From: Chloroflexota bacterium
GTDB taxonomy: Bacteria > Chloroflexota > Limnocylindria > P2-11E
Length of the DNA: 64,000 nt
Direction of reading: 5' to 3'
NCBI GenBank assembly: GCA_005883625.1
Contig: VBDU01000080.1
Coordinates: forward strand, 41,453 to 105,452
Under the pieces are notes generated by a model, which saw only the letters and a list, made by a program, of their open reading frames with translations, was not told where the DNA came from and made no database searches. Of the stretch, positions 28,255-37,317 are shown piece after piece; position 1 is the first letter of the stretch; each line of letters starts with the position of its first letter. The position numbers and the translations under genes were made by a program.

Positions 28255-29513
28255 TCGCCACGGTCGATCGCCTCAGAACAGGGACCATCAAGCGCCGCCT
28301 CCTTCGGTTCCTCGTGATCGTCGGCCCCGGCATCGTCACCGCGCAGGCGGGAAACGATGCTGGTGGCATCGCGACGTACTCGAGCGTCGGGGCGGCGTAC
28401 GGGTATTCGCTCCTCTGGATGATGGTCGTGATCACACTGTCGCTCGGGATCGTCCAAGAGATGTGCGCCCGGATGGGCGCGGTGACCGGGAAGGGGCTCG
28501 CTGAGCTCATTCGCGAGCGCTTTGGCATCCGCTGGACGCTCGTCGCGATGTTGACCGTCCTTGTCGCGAACGGCGGGGTCGTCGTCAGCGAGTTCGCGGG
28601 CGCGGCAGCCGCGCTCGAGCTCCTCGGAGTGCAGCGCATCGTGACGGTCATCGCCGTGGCGGGCTTCGTCCTGTGGCTCGTCGCTCGCGGAAGCTACCGC
28701 GTCGCCGAGCGCGCTTTCCTCGCCATCTCTCTGGTCTTCCTGGCGTACCCCGTCACCGCGTTCCTCGCCGGTCCCCCGTGGGGCGAGGTGCTCAGAGAGA
28801 CGGCGCTCCCGTCGTTCCGTCTCGAGGGACCCTACCTCTTCCTGTTCGTGGCGACGGTCGGAACGACGATCACGCCGTACATGCAGCTGTTCGCGCAATC
28901 GGCGACCGTGGACAAGGGCGTCACCGTCCAGGAGCTCGGGGCGGCCCGCGCGGACGCCTACATCGGCGCGGTCTTCTCGAACCTCGTGGCGTATTTCATC
29001 ATCGTCGTGACCGCGACGACCCTCTACCCCCAAGGCATCACCGTCCAGACCGCCGCCGACGCCGCGCGCGCCCTCACCCCCCTCGCCGGGGAGCGCGCCG
29101 GTCTGCTGTTCGCGATCGGCCTTTTCGGCGCGTCCGTGCTCGCGGCCGCGGTCTTGCCGCTTGCGACTTCGTACACGATCTGCGGGGCGCTCGGTTGGGA
29201 GCGTCGGCTGGGCACGCGGTTCTCCGACGCTCACCAGTTCTACTCGATCATCGCGTTCCTGGTGGTGATGGGGGCCGCGATCACCCTGCTGCCCGTCCCG
29301 CTCATCCCGCTCATCGTCGGCGCGCAGGTCCTGAACGGATTCCTGCTTCCGGTGATCCTCATCTTCATCTTGCGGCTCGTGAACGACCGCTCGCTCATGG
29401 GCGAGCACGTCAATGGTCCCGTCTATAACGTGCTGGCGTGGGGTACGACCGTGTTCATCGGGGCGCTGTCACTGATCCTGCTCGGCGTCACTTTCCTCGG
29501 TCTGGGCGGCTGA
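28251..29513 (+). CDS. Nramp/SLC11-family transporter with non-canonical metal site (DAGG / TPY in place of DPGN / MPH)
   Basis: GPGIVTAQAGNDAGGIATYSSVGAAYG (TM1) and GTTITPYMQLFAQS (TM6) align to the canonical DPGN and MPH motifs. Confidence 0.8.
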   Translation: MIATVDRLRTGTIKRRLLRFLVIVGPGIVTAQAGNDAGGIATYSSVGAAYGYSLLWMMVVITLSLGIVQEMCARMGAVTGKGLAELIRERFGIRWTLVAMLTVLVANGGVVVSEFAGAAAALELLGVQRIVTVIAVAGFVLWLVARGSYRVAERAFLAISLVFLAYPVTAFLAGPPWGEVLRETALPSFRLEGPYLFLFVATVGTTITPYMQLFAQSATVDKGVTVQELGAARADAYIGAVFSNLVAYFIIVVTATTLYPQGITVQTAADAARALTPLAGERAGLLFAIGLFGASVLAAAVLPLATSYTICGALGWERRLGTRFSDAHQFYSIIAFLVVMGAAITLLPVPLIPLIVGAQVLNGFLLPVILIFILRLVNDRSLMGEHVNGPVYNVLAWGTTVFIGALSLILLGVTFLGLGG

Positions 29514-29571
29514 GTGCGGAGCGTGCCGCTGCGTAGGCACGTCAGAGCCGGCCGAGAGGAGTGATTCCGGC

Positions 29572-30936
29572 TCAGCCCCCGCGGCCGCCTGCGATCGCGG
29601 TGTAAGCGAGTCCCACCGCCGCGAGCCACAGACCGATCGTCGCGAGCCAGCCGAGGACCGCGAGTACCGGCCCGATGCGCTGCTCGCCCATGACTTTTGG
29701 GTTTCGGGCCGCGAGCATGATCAAGACCAGCAGCGGCGGCGCGACGATCCCGTTGACGATCGCGGTATCGAAGAGCGCGTCGACCGGGTTGATGCCGATA
29801 AAGTTCATCGCGATCCCGATCCCCGTCGCGAGGGCGATCACACCGTAGAAGGGCTTTGCCCGGCTCCAATGGGTCTCCAGGCCATAACGCCAGCCGAAGG
29901 CCTCGGCGATGGCGTACGCAGCTGAGCCGGAGAGGATCGGGACCGCGAGGATACCGGCGCCGATCATGCCCGCAGCGAAAAGGATGCCGGCGAAGTCGCC
30001 GGCCAGCGGCCGCAAGGCCTCGGCGGCGTCCGCCGCGCTCTTGATGTCGGTCTTGCCGGCGCGAAAGAGCGTGAGCGCGGTGGCGAGGATGATGAAGTAC
30101 ATCACGAGATTCGAGAAGGCCATCCCGACATTCACGTCGATCGTCGAATAGCGGATCTCGGCCGGAGTAGCACCCTGGCGAGATTCGCGCGTCGTGCGGC
30201 CCATCTCGATCTCCTCCTCGACCTCCTCGCTGGACTGCCAGAAGAAGAGATACGGCGAGATGGTCGTGCCGAGGATCGCGAGGAGGGCGGCCAGGTACGT
30301 CGGGCCGAGGCTGAACGTCGGAATGACCGTCGCCCGTAGCGTCTCGAAGAGGTCGGGACGCACGATGAACGCATCGATCACGTAGGCGAACAGGGCCAGC
30401 GTCAGCCACTTGAACGTGTTGGCGATGAGCCGGTAGCTGCCGAAGATCTGGAGCGCCAAGATACCGAGGGCGACCGGAACGACGAGCCAGACCGCCCGAA
30501 CGCCGGTCAACGAGTCCACGGAGTCGGCGATCGCGCCGAGGTCGGCCCCGACGTTGATGGTGTTCGCGATGAAGAGCAGGAGCACCGAGCCGTAGAGCAG
30601 CGGGCGAGGGTAGTGCTCGCGGAGCACGCCCGCGAGGCCGGCCCCCGAGACCATCCCGACGCGGGCGCAGATGTTCTGGACCGCGGCCATGAGCGGGAAG
30701 GTGAGCAGCGCCGTCCAAAGCGTCTGCAACCCGAGCGTCGCGCCGGCGACCGCATATGTGCCGATGCCGCTCGGATCGTCATCAGACGCGCCGGTGATGA
30801 AGCCAGGTCCAAGGATCTTGCCGATCTTCTTGGCCGGATTGGTCTCGGATCCGATCTCGGCGGCAGTGCCTGCCGTCGCACCGGACGGAGGCGAGTGCGG
30901 GATGACGCGACGGCGAGGTCTCTCGCTCGCGGGCAA
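29572..30936 (-). CDS. Second Nramp/SLC11-family transporter, also non-canonical (DPSG / SPY)
   Basis: GPGFITGASDDDPSGIGTYAVAGA and GTTISPYLFFWQSS. Convergent with the first Nramp gene. Confidence 0.8.
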   Translation of the reverse strand: MPASERPRRRVIPHSPPSGATAGTAAEIGSETNPAKKIGKILGPGFITGASDDDPSGIGTYAVAGATLGLQTLWTALLTFPLMAAVQNICARVGMVSGAGLAGVLREHYPRPLLYGSVLLLFIANTINVGADLGAIADSVDSLTGVRAVWLVVPVALGILALQIFGSYRLIANTFKWLTLALFAYVIDAFIVRPDLFETLRATVIPTFSLGPTYLAALLAILGTTISPYLFFWQSSEEVEEEIEMGRTTRESRQGATPAEIRYSTIDVNVGMAFSNLVMYFIILATALTLFRAGKTDIKSAADAAEALRPLAGDFAGILFAAGMIGAGILAVPILSGSAAYAIAEAFGWRYGLETHWSRAKPFYGVIALATGIGIAMNFIGINPVDALFDTAIVNGIVAPPLLVLIMLAARNPKVMGEQRIGPVLAVLGWLATIGLWLAAVGLAYTAIAGGRGG

Positions 30937-31164
30937 CCTCGCCTAGGCTCCTTTCCGCGTCTGGACCACCGCGGCACACAGGAAGACGTCGGCGCTTCTG
31001 CGAGCCGTTTTGCGTTCGTTCGCGTCGCGGTCAGGTTGACCAGACATCCCCACGTCGGCGATGGTCACCATGCAGAGCGAATACCAGTTCCGGCTGGTCT
31101 CGTCGCGGTGACAGTCCTTGGCTCTAGGTGGCGCGGACCGTACGAGACGTGCGACGCTAGCGCC

Positions 31165-32373
31165 GTGCGACGGCTCGGGGTCCTCGCGCTCGTCTTCGTG
31201 ACCGCCGCGTGCGCCGCGAGACCCGCGCCGACCCCGGCACCACCGTCTTCGTCGCCAACACCGACCGTCGCCGTCGCGACCGGCAGCCCCGCGCCGACGG
31301 CCTCGCCGTCGCCGACCGTGCCGCCCTCGAGCATCAAGTTCGGCCTCGTCGTCGCGGACGCGAGCTCGCTCACGTTCCGACTGCGGCTCGAGAGCGAGGC
31401 CGAGCCCTTCGCCTCGCTCGACGGATCGCTCGCCACCGTCTCGCCCGATGGCCGACGGCTCGCGTACTGGCACCGCGACGCCGGGACGAACGGGACGCAG
31501 GACGACCTGCGGATCCTCGATCTCTTCACCGGAACGCAGTCGCAGATCGTCCGTTTGCAGAACGAGCGCGCCGCGGGCGTCGCGTGGCGCGACGACGCGG
31601 GGGGGCTGCTGTACGCCGCGGCGTCGCCGAACATCGCGGGTGGCGGCGTCGATCCGCCACCGGTCTACACGGCGGTCCGGATCGTGAACTTCGCGACGAA
31701 CCAGGTCAGTGAGGTGAAGCGGCTCGACGCGGCACGCTTCGTCCCGCTTACGTGGCGCGTGACGACGCACGTCCTCTCCGGCGTGAACGCGGGCGAGGGC
31801 GGCGTGCGCACGATCTATCGCTTCAAGGAGGACGGCACGACCGCGGGCGACTCGCCCGCGGACCGCCGCTTCAACGAGGTCGTCGACACGACGCGCGACG
31901 GGACCGCCATCCTCGGCCAGTTCGCGTACGGAGAAGGCGGCAAGACCTTCAGCGGGATCCGGGTCGTCGCGGCCGACGACCCGCGGCCGCTCGCCGAGCG
32001 CGAGCCGCCGGCGGGCGCCTTCCTCGTCCGCGCGCGGTTCCGCGCGGCGACGAGCGATGTCGTCGCGCTCCTTCGGGCGGGCGATCCCTCGCGCTACGTC
32101 ATCGAGCTCTGGCCCACCGGCGTCGGCATCGCGCCGCGCCGCGTGTGGACCGGGACCACGGCGACCGCGGCCAGCGGCGAGCTCCTCGTCCGGTTCGACG
32201 GGAAGGTCGCGTACGTGCGGACCGACGAGTCCGGCACCGGGGTCGGGACCTGGCAGACCGTCGACCTCGAAAGCGGCGCGGGCCTTCAGCTGGCGACGGG
32301 TCAGAACGCGATACCGCGCGGGCCGTCCTTCCTCGTGACCGACGACGCGGTCGCGAAGCTGCGTAAGCCGTAG
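31165..32373 (+). CDS. Secreted lipoprotein of unknown function (Pro/Thr/Ser-rich linker, then beta-rich domain)
   Basis: GTG start. Lipobox LVFVTAAC. Non-repetitive 400-aa body. Confidence 0.5.
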   Translation: MRRLGVLALVFVTAACAARPAPTPAPPSSSPTPTVAVATGSPAPTASPSPTVPPSSIKFGLVVADASSLTFRLRLESEAEPFASLDGSLATVSPDGRRLAYWHRDAGTNGTQDDLRILDLFTGTQSQIVRLQNERAAGVAWRDDAGGLLYAAASPNIAGGGVDPPPVYTAVRIVNFATNQVSEVKRLDAARFVPLTWRVTTHVLSGVNAGEGGVRTIYRFKEDGTTAGDSPADRRFNEVVDTTRDGTAILGQFAYGEGGKTFSGIRVVAADDPRPLAEREPPAGAFLVRARFRAATSDVVALLRAGDPSRYVIELWPTGVGIAPRRVWTGTTATAASGELLVRFDGKVAYVRTDESGTGVGTWQTVDLESGAGLQLATGQNAIPRGPSFLVTDDAVAKLRKP

Positions 32374-32428
32374 CGCCTTCCCCCGTTCGGGGGTTCCCGT
32401 CCGCCGGCCGTAGCGCGAGCCTGCCCGC

Positions 32429-32758
32429 ATGGCGCTCGAGATCGGCATCCCGGTCATCGACCCGTACGGCAGCGTGTTCCGGCTGCTCCGCACCCTGGGA
32501 CTGCCCTTCGGGATGTGGCGCGTCGACGACGCGGCGGAGGCGGCCAACGCTCCGTTCGCGATCCTCGGCGTCTACGGGAAGCCCGATCCGGCGGCCATCG
32601 CGGCGGTCGCGCGACGAGTGCCGACCGTCCTCTATTCGGTCATGGCGCGGCCGTCGTACGACGACGCGATCGCACTGGGGGCGATCGACGTGGTGAGCGA
32701 TGGCATGGCGCCGACCGCCGCGCGCGCCGTCCTGTTGAACGCGCTGGAGCGGCGCTAA
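32429..32758 (+). CDS. Small hypothetical protein
   Basis: 109-aa ORF with balanced composition in an otherwise gene-free interval. Confidence 0.35.
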   Translation: MALEIGIPVIDPYGSVFRLLRTLGLPFGMWRVDDAAEAANAPFAILGVYGKPDPAAIAAVARRVPTVLYSVMARPSYDDAIALGAIDVVSDGMAPTAARAVLLNALERR

Positions 32759-34008
32759 GGGCAGGGCGGCGGTCCGGGACCGCGCAGGCAGTAGCGCGCC
32801 ACGACCGTCCCGGTGAGCAGATCGCTCACGCTTCCCGTCGAGTCATCGCCCCCCGTGGTCGCGAAAAGGCGTGATCCATCCCGCGACCACCAGACCTCGA
32901 GGAAGAACGCGCCTCGCGCCACCTCCCTGGCCGTGCCATCGCGGCCGCGGACGAATACGCCGCTCGGAAGGTTCGCGCCGCAGCAGAACTGCCGTTCCAC
33001 CGTCACGAAGCGGTCGCGCCGCGGATGCCACGCGGCGTCGGCGATCGTGACCTCGGTCGCCTGGGACGTCGGGCGCGGCGGCCGATACAGCTCGGTGCGG
33101 CGGCGAGTCTCGCGGTCGAACAGCGACACGAGGTTGGCCCCGCCGAACGGGTTCTGTCCGGTCCAGACCAGGATCTCGCGGCCATCGCCGAAGTCGACGT
33201 TCGCTCCGCCGACGGCCAGCGCGTCACCGCCGACGATACGGACGGGATCGAGATCCCGGGCGACCCTGCCCTCCGCCGCCGCGACCGGGATGAGGTACAC
33301 CTCACTGACCCCGTCGCCGGCGTTCACACGGACCGCGAGGGTCTGGCCGTCGGGAGCGAACGCGACGGGGACCGGCGGCGCCCCCGATGCCGAGGGATCG
33401 TCCGCGACGAGGCGCCGCGGCGCGCCGGCGCCCAGCGTCCCGACCCAGACACCGTTCACAGCGGGATCATCGGCCGCGCGGGACAGCGCGTAGCGCGTCC
33501 CGTCCGCCGAAATGACCGCGCGATCGAAGGGCGAGCCGCGATAGAGCTCTCGCGCGTCGCCGGCTTCGGGCCGGAGCAGGAGGACGGTCGACCGCGCGCC
33601 GGGGACGTTCACCGTCAGGAGCACGGCACGGCCGTCGCGGGACGCGCTGGTGAAAAGGTACGGCCCGTCGGCGGGGTTGCCGCCCGCGCCGACGCTCACC
33701 GTGGCCACCTCGGTCGCGGCACCCGCGCCGAGATCGAGGAGGATCACGCGGAAAGTGTCGGCGCCACCCGAGACGACGTAACGGAACTCGCTCGCCGCCG
33801 TCACCTTCCCCATCCGGACGCTCACCTCGCCGACCGCGCGCGACGCCGCGGCGGTCGCTGAGCCGCCGGCCGTGGCCGACCCGGTCGGCGCGGCGGTCGC
33901 CGCGATCGGCTGGCCCGGTGGGACCTCGGCGCGCATCAGGGAGAGCGCACCGGCCACGATGACGACCACACCGATCACGGCCGCGAAGACGCTCGCGGCG
34001 CGGCTCAC
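32755..34008 (-). CDS. Membrane-anchored beta-propeller (TolB/WD40-like) protein
   Basis: N-terminal TM helix. Repeated DG..xA blades (ISADGTRYAL, FAPDGQTLAV, WSRDGSRLFA). Confidence 0.5.
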   Translation of the reverse strand: MSRAASVFAAVIGVVVIVAGALSLMRAEVPPGQPIAATAAPTGSATAGGSATAAASRAVGEVSVRMGKVTAASEFRYVVSGGADTFRVILLDLGAGAATEVATVSVGAGGNPADGPYLFTSASRDGRAVLLTVNVPGARSTVLLLRPEAGDARELYRGSPFDRAVISADGTRYALSRAADDPAVNGVWVGTLGAGAPRRLVADDPSASGAPPVPVAFAPDGQTLAVRVNAGDGVSEVYLIPVAAAEGRVARDLDPVRIVGGDALAVGGANVDFGDGREILVWTGQNPFGGANLVSLFDRETRRRTELYRPPRPTSQATEVTIADAAWHPRRDRFVTVERQFCCGANLPSGVFVRGRDGTAREVARGAFFLEVWWSRDGSRLFATTGGDDSTGSVSDLLTGTVVARYCLRGPGPPPCP

Positions 34009-34193
34009 CGGGGCTCGGGCAGGACTCCGCCGAACGCGTCGAGGTAGCGGTCCGGGTTCTCCTGGAAGATCCGCTTACAGCGCTCGCGGTCGAACGCGTA
34101 GATGAGCGCCTCGTAGCGGATCCGGATCGCCTCCGGGCCGAGCGTCGCGCCGCAGATCACGCAGCGCGGCTCGGGTGTCGTCGCACTCATGCC
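34005..34193 (-). CDS. YHS-domain small metal-binding protein
   Basis: MSATTPEPRCVICGATLG...YAFDRERCKRIFQENPDRYL matches the YHS CxxC...Y.F.S..C pattern. Confidence 0.5.
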   Translation of the reverse strand, partial: GMSATTPEPRCVICGATLGPEAIRIRYEALIYAFDRERCKRIFQENPDRYLDAFGGVLPEPR

Positions 34194-34645
34194 GGCTCCA
34201 GCTCGAGCAGCGGCTGGTGGGCGCGCACGAGCTGGCCGTTCTCGGCGAAGATGCGCCGTACCCGGCCGGTGGCGGTCGCACGGATCTCGTTGAAGAGCTT
34301 CATCGCCTCGATGAGACCGATGACGTCGCCCTGCGTCACCTGCGAGCCGATCTGCACGTACGGCTGCGTCTGCGGCGAGGGCGAGCGGTAAAAGAGGCCC
34401 GTGAGCGGCGCGTTCACCGTCGGCAGCTCGCTCGCGGGCGCCTGCGCGACCGTGGCCGCGACGGGGACCGATCCCGACGGCTGCGGCGCGGGCGAGACGA
34501 CTGACCCGGCGCCGTCCTTGGAGACCCGCACGCGGACGCCGCCGCGGCGCACCTCGATCTCGCGGACGTCCTCGTTCGCGAGCCGTTCGAGCAGCTCCGC
34601 AGCGAGCGCGTTCGCATCCGCGCGGACCTTTTTGGGGTCTGGCAT
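34187..34645 (-). CDS. accB: Biotin carboxyl carrier protein (BCCP) of acetyl-CoA carboxylase
   Basis: C-terminal biotinyl domain with the EAMKL motif. Pro/Ala linker. Confidence 0.85.
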   Translation of the reverse strand: MPDPKKVRADANALAAELLERLANEDVREIEVRRGGVRVRVSKDGAGSVVSPAPQPSGSVPVAATVAQAPASELPTVNAPLTGLFYRSPSPQTQPYVQIGSQVTQGDVIGLIEAMKLFNEIRATATGRVRRIFAENGQLVRAHQPLLELEPA

Positions 34646-35901
34646 TACGCCGCCTCGTCCCAGCGCCGCATGACGAGCGCGACGTTGTGTCCCCCGAACC
34701 CCATCGAATTCGAGAGCGAGAGATCCACGGACGCCTTACGCGACGCGTTCGGGACGTAGTCGAGATCGCACTCGGGATCGGGCACTTCCTGGTTGATCGT
34801 CGGCGGCAGCATGCCGTCACGCATCGCGAGCACACAGATCCCCGCCTCGATCGCACCAGCCGCACCGAGGGTGTGGCCCGTCATCGATTTCGTCGACGAG
34901 ATCGGCAGCCGCCGCGCGTGATCGCCGAAGACCGTTTTGAGCGCCGCGGTCTCAGCACCGTCGTTCGCCGGCGTCGACGTGCCGTGCGCGTTCACGTAGC
35001 CGATCTTCGCGGGATCGGCGCCCGCGTCCGCGATCGCCATCTGCATCGCGCGGACCGCGCCCTCGCCACCCGGCGGGGGCGCGGTGACGTGGAATGCGTC
35101 CGACGAGACGCCGTAGCCAACGACCTCGGCGAGGATCCGCGCGCCGCGCGAGCGGGCGTGGTCGAGCCCTTCGAGGACGAGGCACGCCGCGCCTTCGCTG
35201 AACACGAAGCCGTCGCGCTCCTTGTCGAACGGCCGCGACGCCTTCTCGGGTGCGTCGTTCCGGCGCGAGATGGCGTGCGCCTGGTTGAACGCGGCGATGG
35301 CGACCGGTATGAGCCCGGCCTCGGCGCCGCCCGCCAGCATCACGTCGGCCTGACCGCGCCGGATCGTCTCTGTCGCCTCGCCCACGGAGTGCCCGCTCGA
35401 CGCGCACGCGGAGACGTGGCCCATGTTCGGACCCTTCGCGCCGAACTTCATCGCGATCTCGCCCGCCGCCATGTCGATGATCATCATCGGGATCATGAAT
35501 GCGGAGACCCGTCGCGGGTCGGCCGCGTGCGACAGGATGTTGTCGACGAGCGTCTCGACCCCGCCGATCCCGGAGCCGAAGGCGACGCCCACGCGGGGGG
35601 CGAGCTCCGGCGTGATCTGGAGCTTGGCGTCCCCGAGCGCCTGCGTCGCGACGGCGACCGCGAACTGCACGAACCGGTCGGCGCGGCGCATCTCCTTGCG
35701 GTCCATGTACTCGAGGGGGTCGAAGTCGCCGACCTCTCCGGCGATCGTGGTCTCGAGCCCGGTCGGATCGAACCGTGTGATCTGCCCGATCCCGCTCCTG
35801 CCGGCGAGGAGGCCCTCCCAGCTCTTCTCAACGGACGAGCCGAGGGGGGTGATCATGCCGATGCCGGTGATGACGACGCGACGCCGCTCTCCGTTGCGCA
35901 T
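34645..35901 (-). CDS. fabF: 3-oxoacyl-ACP synthase II
   Basis: KAS II active-site Cys (GHVSACASSGH region) and His motifs (NAHGTSTP, GHTLGAAG). Confidence 0.9.
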   Translation of the reverse strand: MRNGERRRVVITGIGMITPLGSSVEKSWEGLLAGRSGIGQITRFDPTGLETTIAGEVGDFDPLEYMDRKEMRRADRFVQFAVAVATQALGDAKLQITPELAPRVGVAFGSGIGGVETLVDNILSHAADPRRVSAFMIPMMIIDMAAGEIAMKFGAKGPNMGHVSACASSGHSVGEATETIRRGQADVMLAGGAEAGLIPVAIAAFNQAHAISRRNDAPEKASRPFDKERDGFVFSEGAACLVLEGLDHARSRGARILAEVVGYGVSSDAFHVTAPPPGGEGAVRAMQMAIADAGADPAKIGYVNAHGTSTPANDGAETAALKTVFGDHARRLPISSTKSMTGHTLGAAGAIEAGICVLAMRDGMLPPTINQEVPDPECDLDYVPNASRKASVDLSLSNSMGFGGHNVALVMRRWDEAA

Positions 35902-35928
35902 GCTGATGAGTCTAGATTTCGGGGCGAG

Positions 35929-36447
35929 CTAGAGCGACTGGAGCCGGGCGATCTGTCCCGCCTCGAGGGCCGCGCTCCACGCGAGGATGACGAAGCCCGA
36001 AGCCAGGAGCGCGACCTCGGGCAGGGTGAAGCGCAGGTCGCGGAGATGCCGGACACGCACGAGCCGCCGGTCGGTCAGCCGGCGCTGGCGCCAGAGGGTG
36101 GCGTTCGCGAGCACGGCGGCGACGATGAAGTACGCGAGCATCTCGCGGACCCCGGCGTGCGTCAGCAGGACCGCGGGGTCGAGCGGCATCGCGCGAGCAC
36201 CTGGGATGACCAGGACGAACGAATTCGTGCCGAGCGCCAGGCCGAAGCGGACGAGCCATGTCCACGGCGCGAAGTAGCCGAGCGAGATCGGGCCAACGCT
36301 GTATGCGCTCGCGATGCTGATCACGCCGAACCCGAGGAGCGAGTTCCAGGCGCCCGCGAAGAAGACGGAACCGATGGCGATCGCGGAGAGGACGCGAATG
36401 AATGGACTGCGGTGCGTGAGCGCTCGAGCCATGACCGACCAACCCAC
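35929..36447 (-). CDS. Integral membrane protein of unknown function
   Basis: 4-5 predicted TM helices. 172 aa. Confidence 0.4.
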   Translation of the reverse strand: MGWSVMARALTHRSPFIRVLSAIAIGSVFFAGAWNSLLGFGVISIASAYSVGPISLGYFAPWTWLVRFGLALGTNSFVLVIPGARAMPLDPAVLLTHAGVREMLAYFIVAAVLANATLWRQRRLTDRRLVRVRHLRDLRFTLPEVALLASGFVILAWSAALEAGQIARLQSL

Positions 36448-36528
36448 CTAGCGCAAACGCTAACGTCGGCCAATAGCAAACGGAACCGCTCCTTCGTAGT
36501 GACAGAGACGCGAGCGCCGAGCTTGTCG

Positions 36529-37317
36529 CTAGTTTGAGACCGCGATCCCGTCGAGCGTCGTACCAGCGGCGTGGACCTCGCGCTCGGCGAACGTGCGCAT
36601 AGTGATCGCTCGGCCACGGCCTTCGACGCGCCAGGCGCCGGCCTCCTCGACGACTGCGGTGTCCTCGTCGATCCCCAGGCCGCGCAGCCCGACCGGCCAG
36701 TGCTCGATCCAGTCGTTGACCCGCTCGGGTGGGAAACCGGTCAGGAGATCGAAGTGCGGGATCACGAACAGCCCGGGGAGCATCCCGAGCCCGTCCCGGA
36801 TCGAAACGGACCGCGGGAACCCCTTGTCGTCGAACTGGTCGGGCGCATAGCTCTTCTCGCCGAGCATCATCGCGCCGGCGCTCGAGCCGGCCAGGATCGC
36901 GCCCTCGCGATTGCGCGCCAGGACCGATCGCCAGAACGGCGTGTTCTCGAGCACGCCGATCGCGTACTGGGGGCGGCCGCCGGAGAAGTAGATCCAGTCG
37001 GCCCGGCGGACCTCGCGCTCCCAGCGCGGATCGTGGGCGTCCTCGCGGCGAACGACCATCACACCGACGGCGTCCGCGCCGAGGGCGGTGAAGTGCGCGA
37101 TCCCGTTGTCGGCCCAGGCCGACGGCGTCTCCTCCTCGCCGGACGCGGTCGGCACGATCGCCACGAACGGGCGTGCCTTCGGAATCGTGGCGAGGATCCG
37201 CCGATCGAGGTCGTCCATGACCGGCGTGAACTCGCCCGAGCCGAGAAGCACGAGGCGACCTCGCCTCACGCGCTCTTTCCGACGAGCAGATCGGGCCGGC
37301 CGTGGAAGCGCTTCCAC
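36529..37317 (-). CDS. Peptidase S51 family (cyanophycinase/peptidase E-like class I glutamine-amidotransferase fold)
   Basis: GGRPQY...AILAGSSAGAMMLGE nucleophile motif (GxSAGA). Confidence 0.7.
   Translation of the reverse strand: MEALPRPARSARRKERVRRGRLVLLGSGEFTPVMDDLDRRILATIPKARPFVAIVPTASGEEETPSAWADNGIAHFTALGADAVGVMVVRREDAHDPRWEREVRRADWIYFSGGRPQYAIGVLENTPFWRSVLARNREGAILAGSSAGAMMLGEKSYAPDQFDDKGFPRSVSIRDGLGMLPGLFVIPHFDLLTGFPPERVNDWIEHWPVGLRGLGIDEDTAVVEEAGAWRVEGRGRAITMRTFAEREVHAAGTTLDGIAVSN

Noticed and set aside
30943-32547. The 534-aa minus-strand ORF opposite the lipoprotein gene.
   Set aside because: Arg-rich artefact frame. The plus-strand lipoprotein has a proper GTG start and lipobox.
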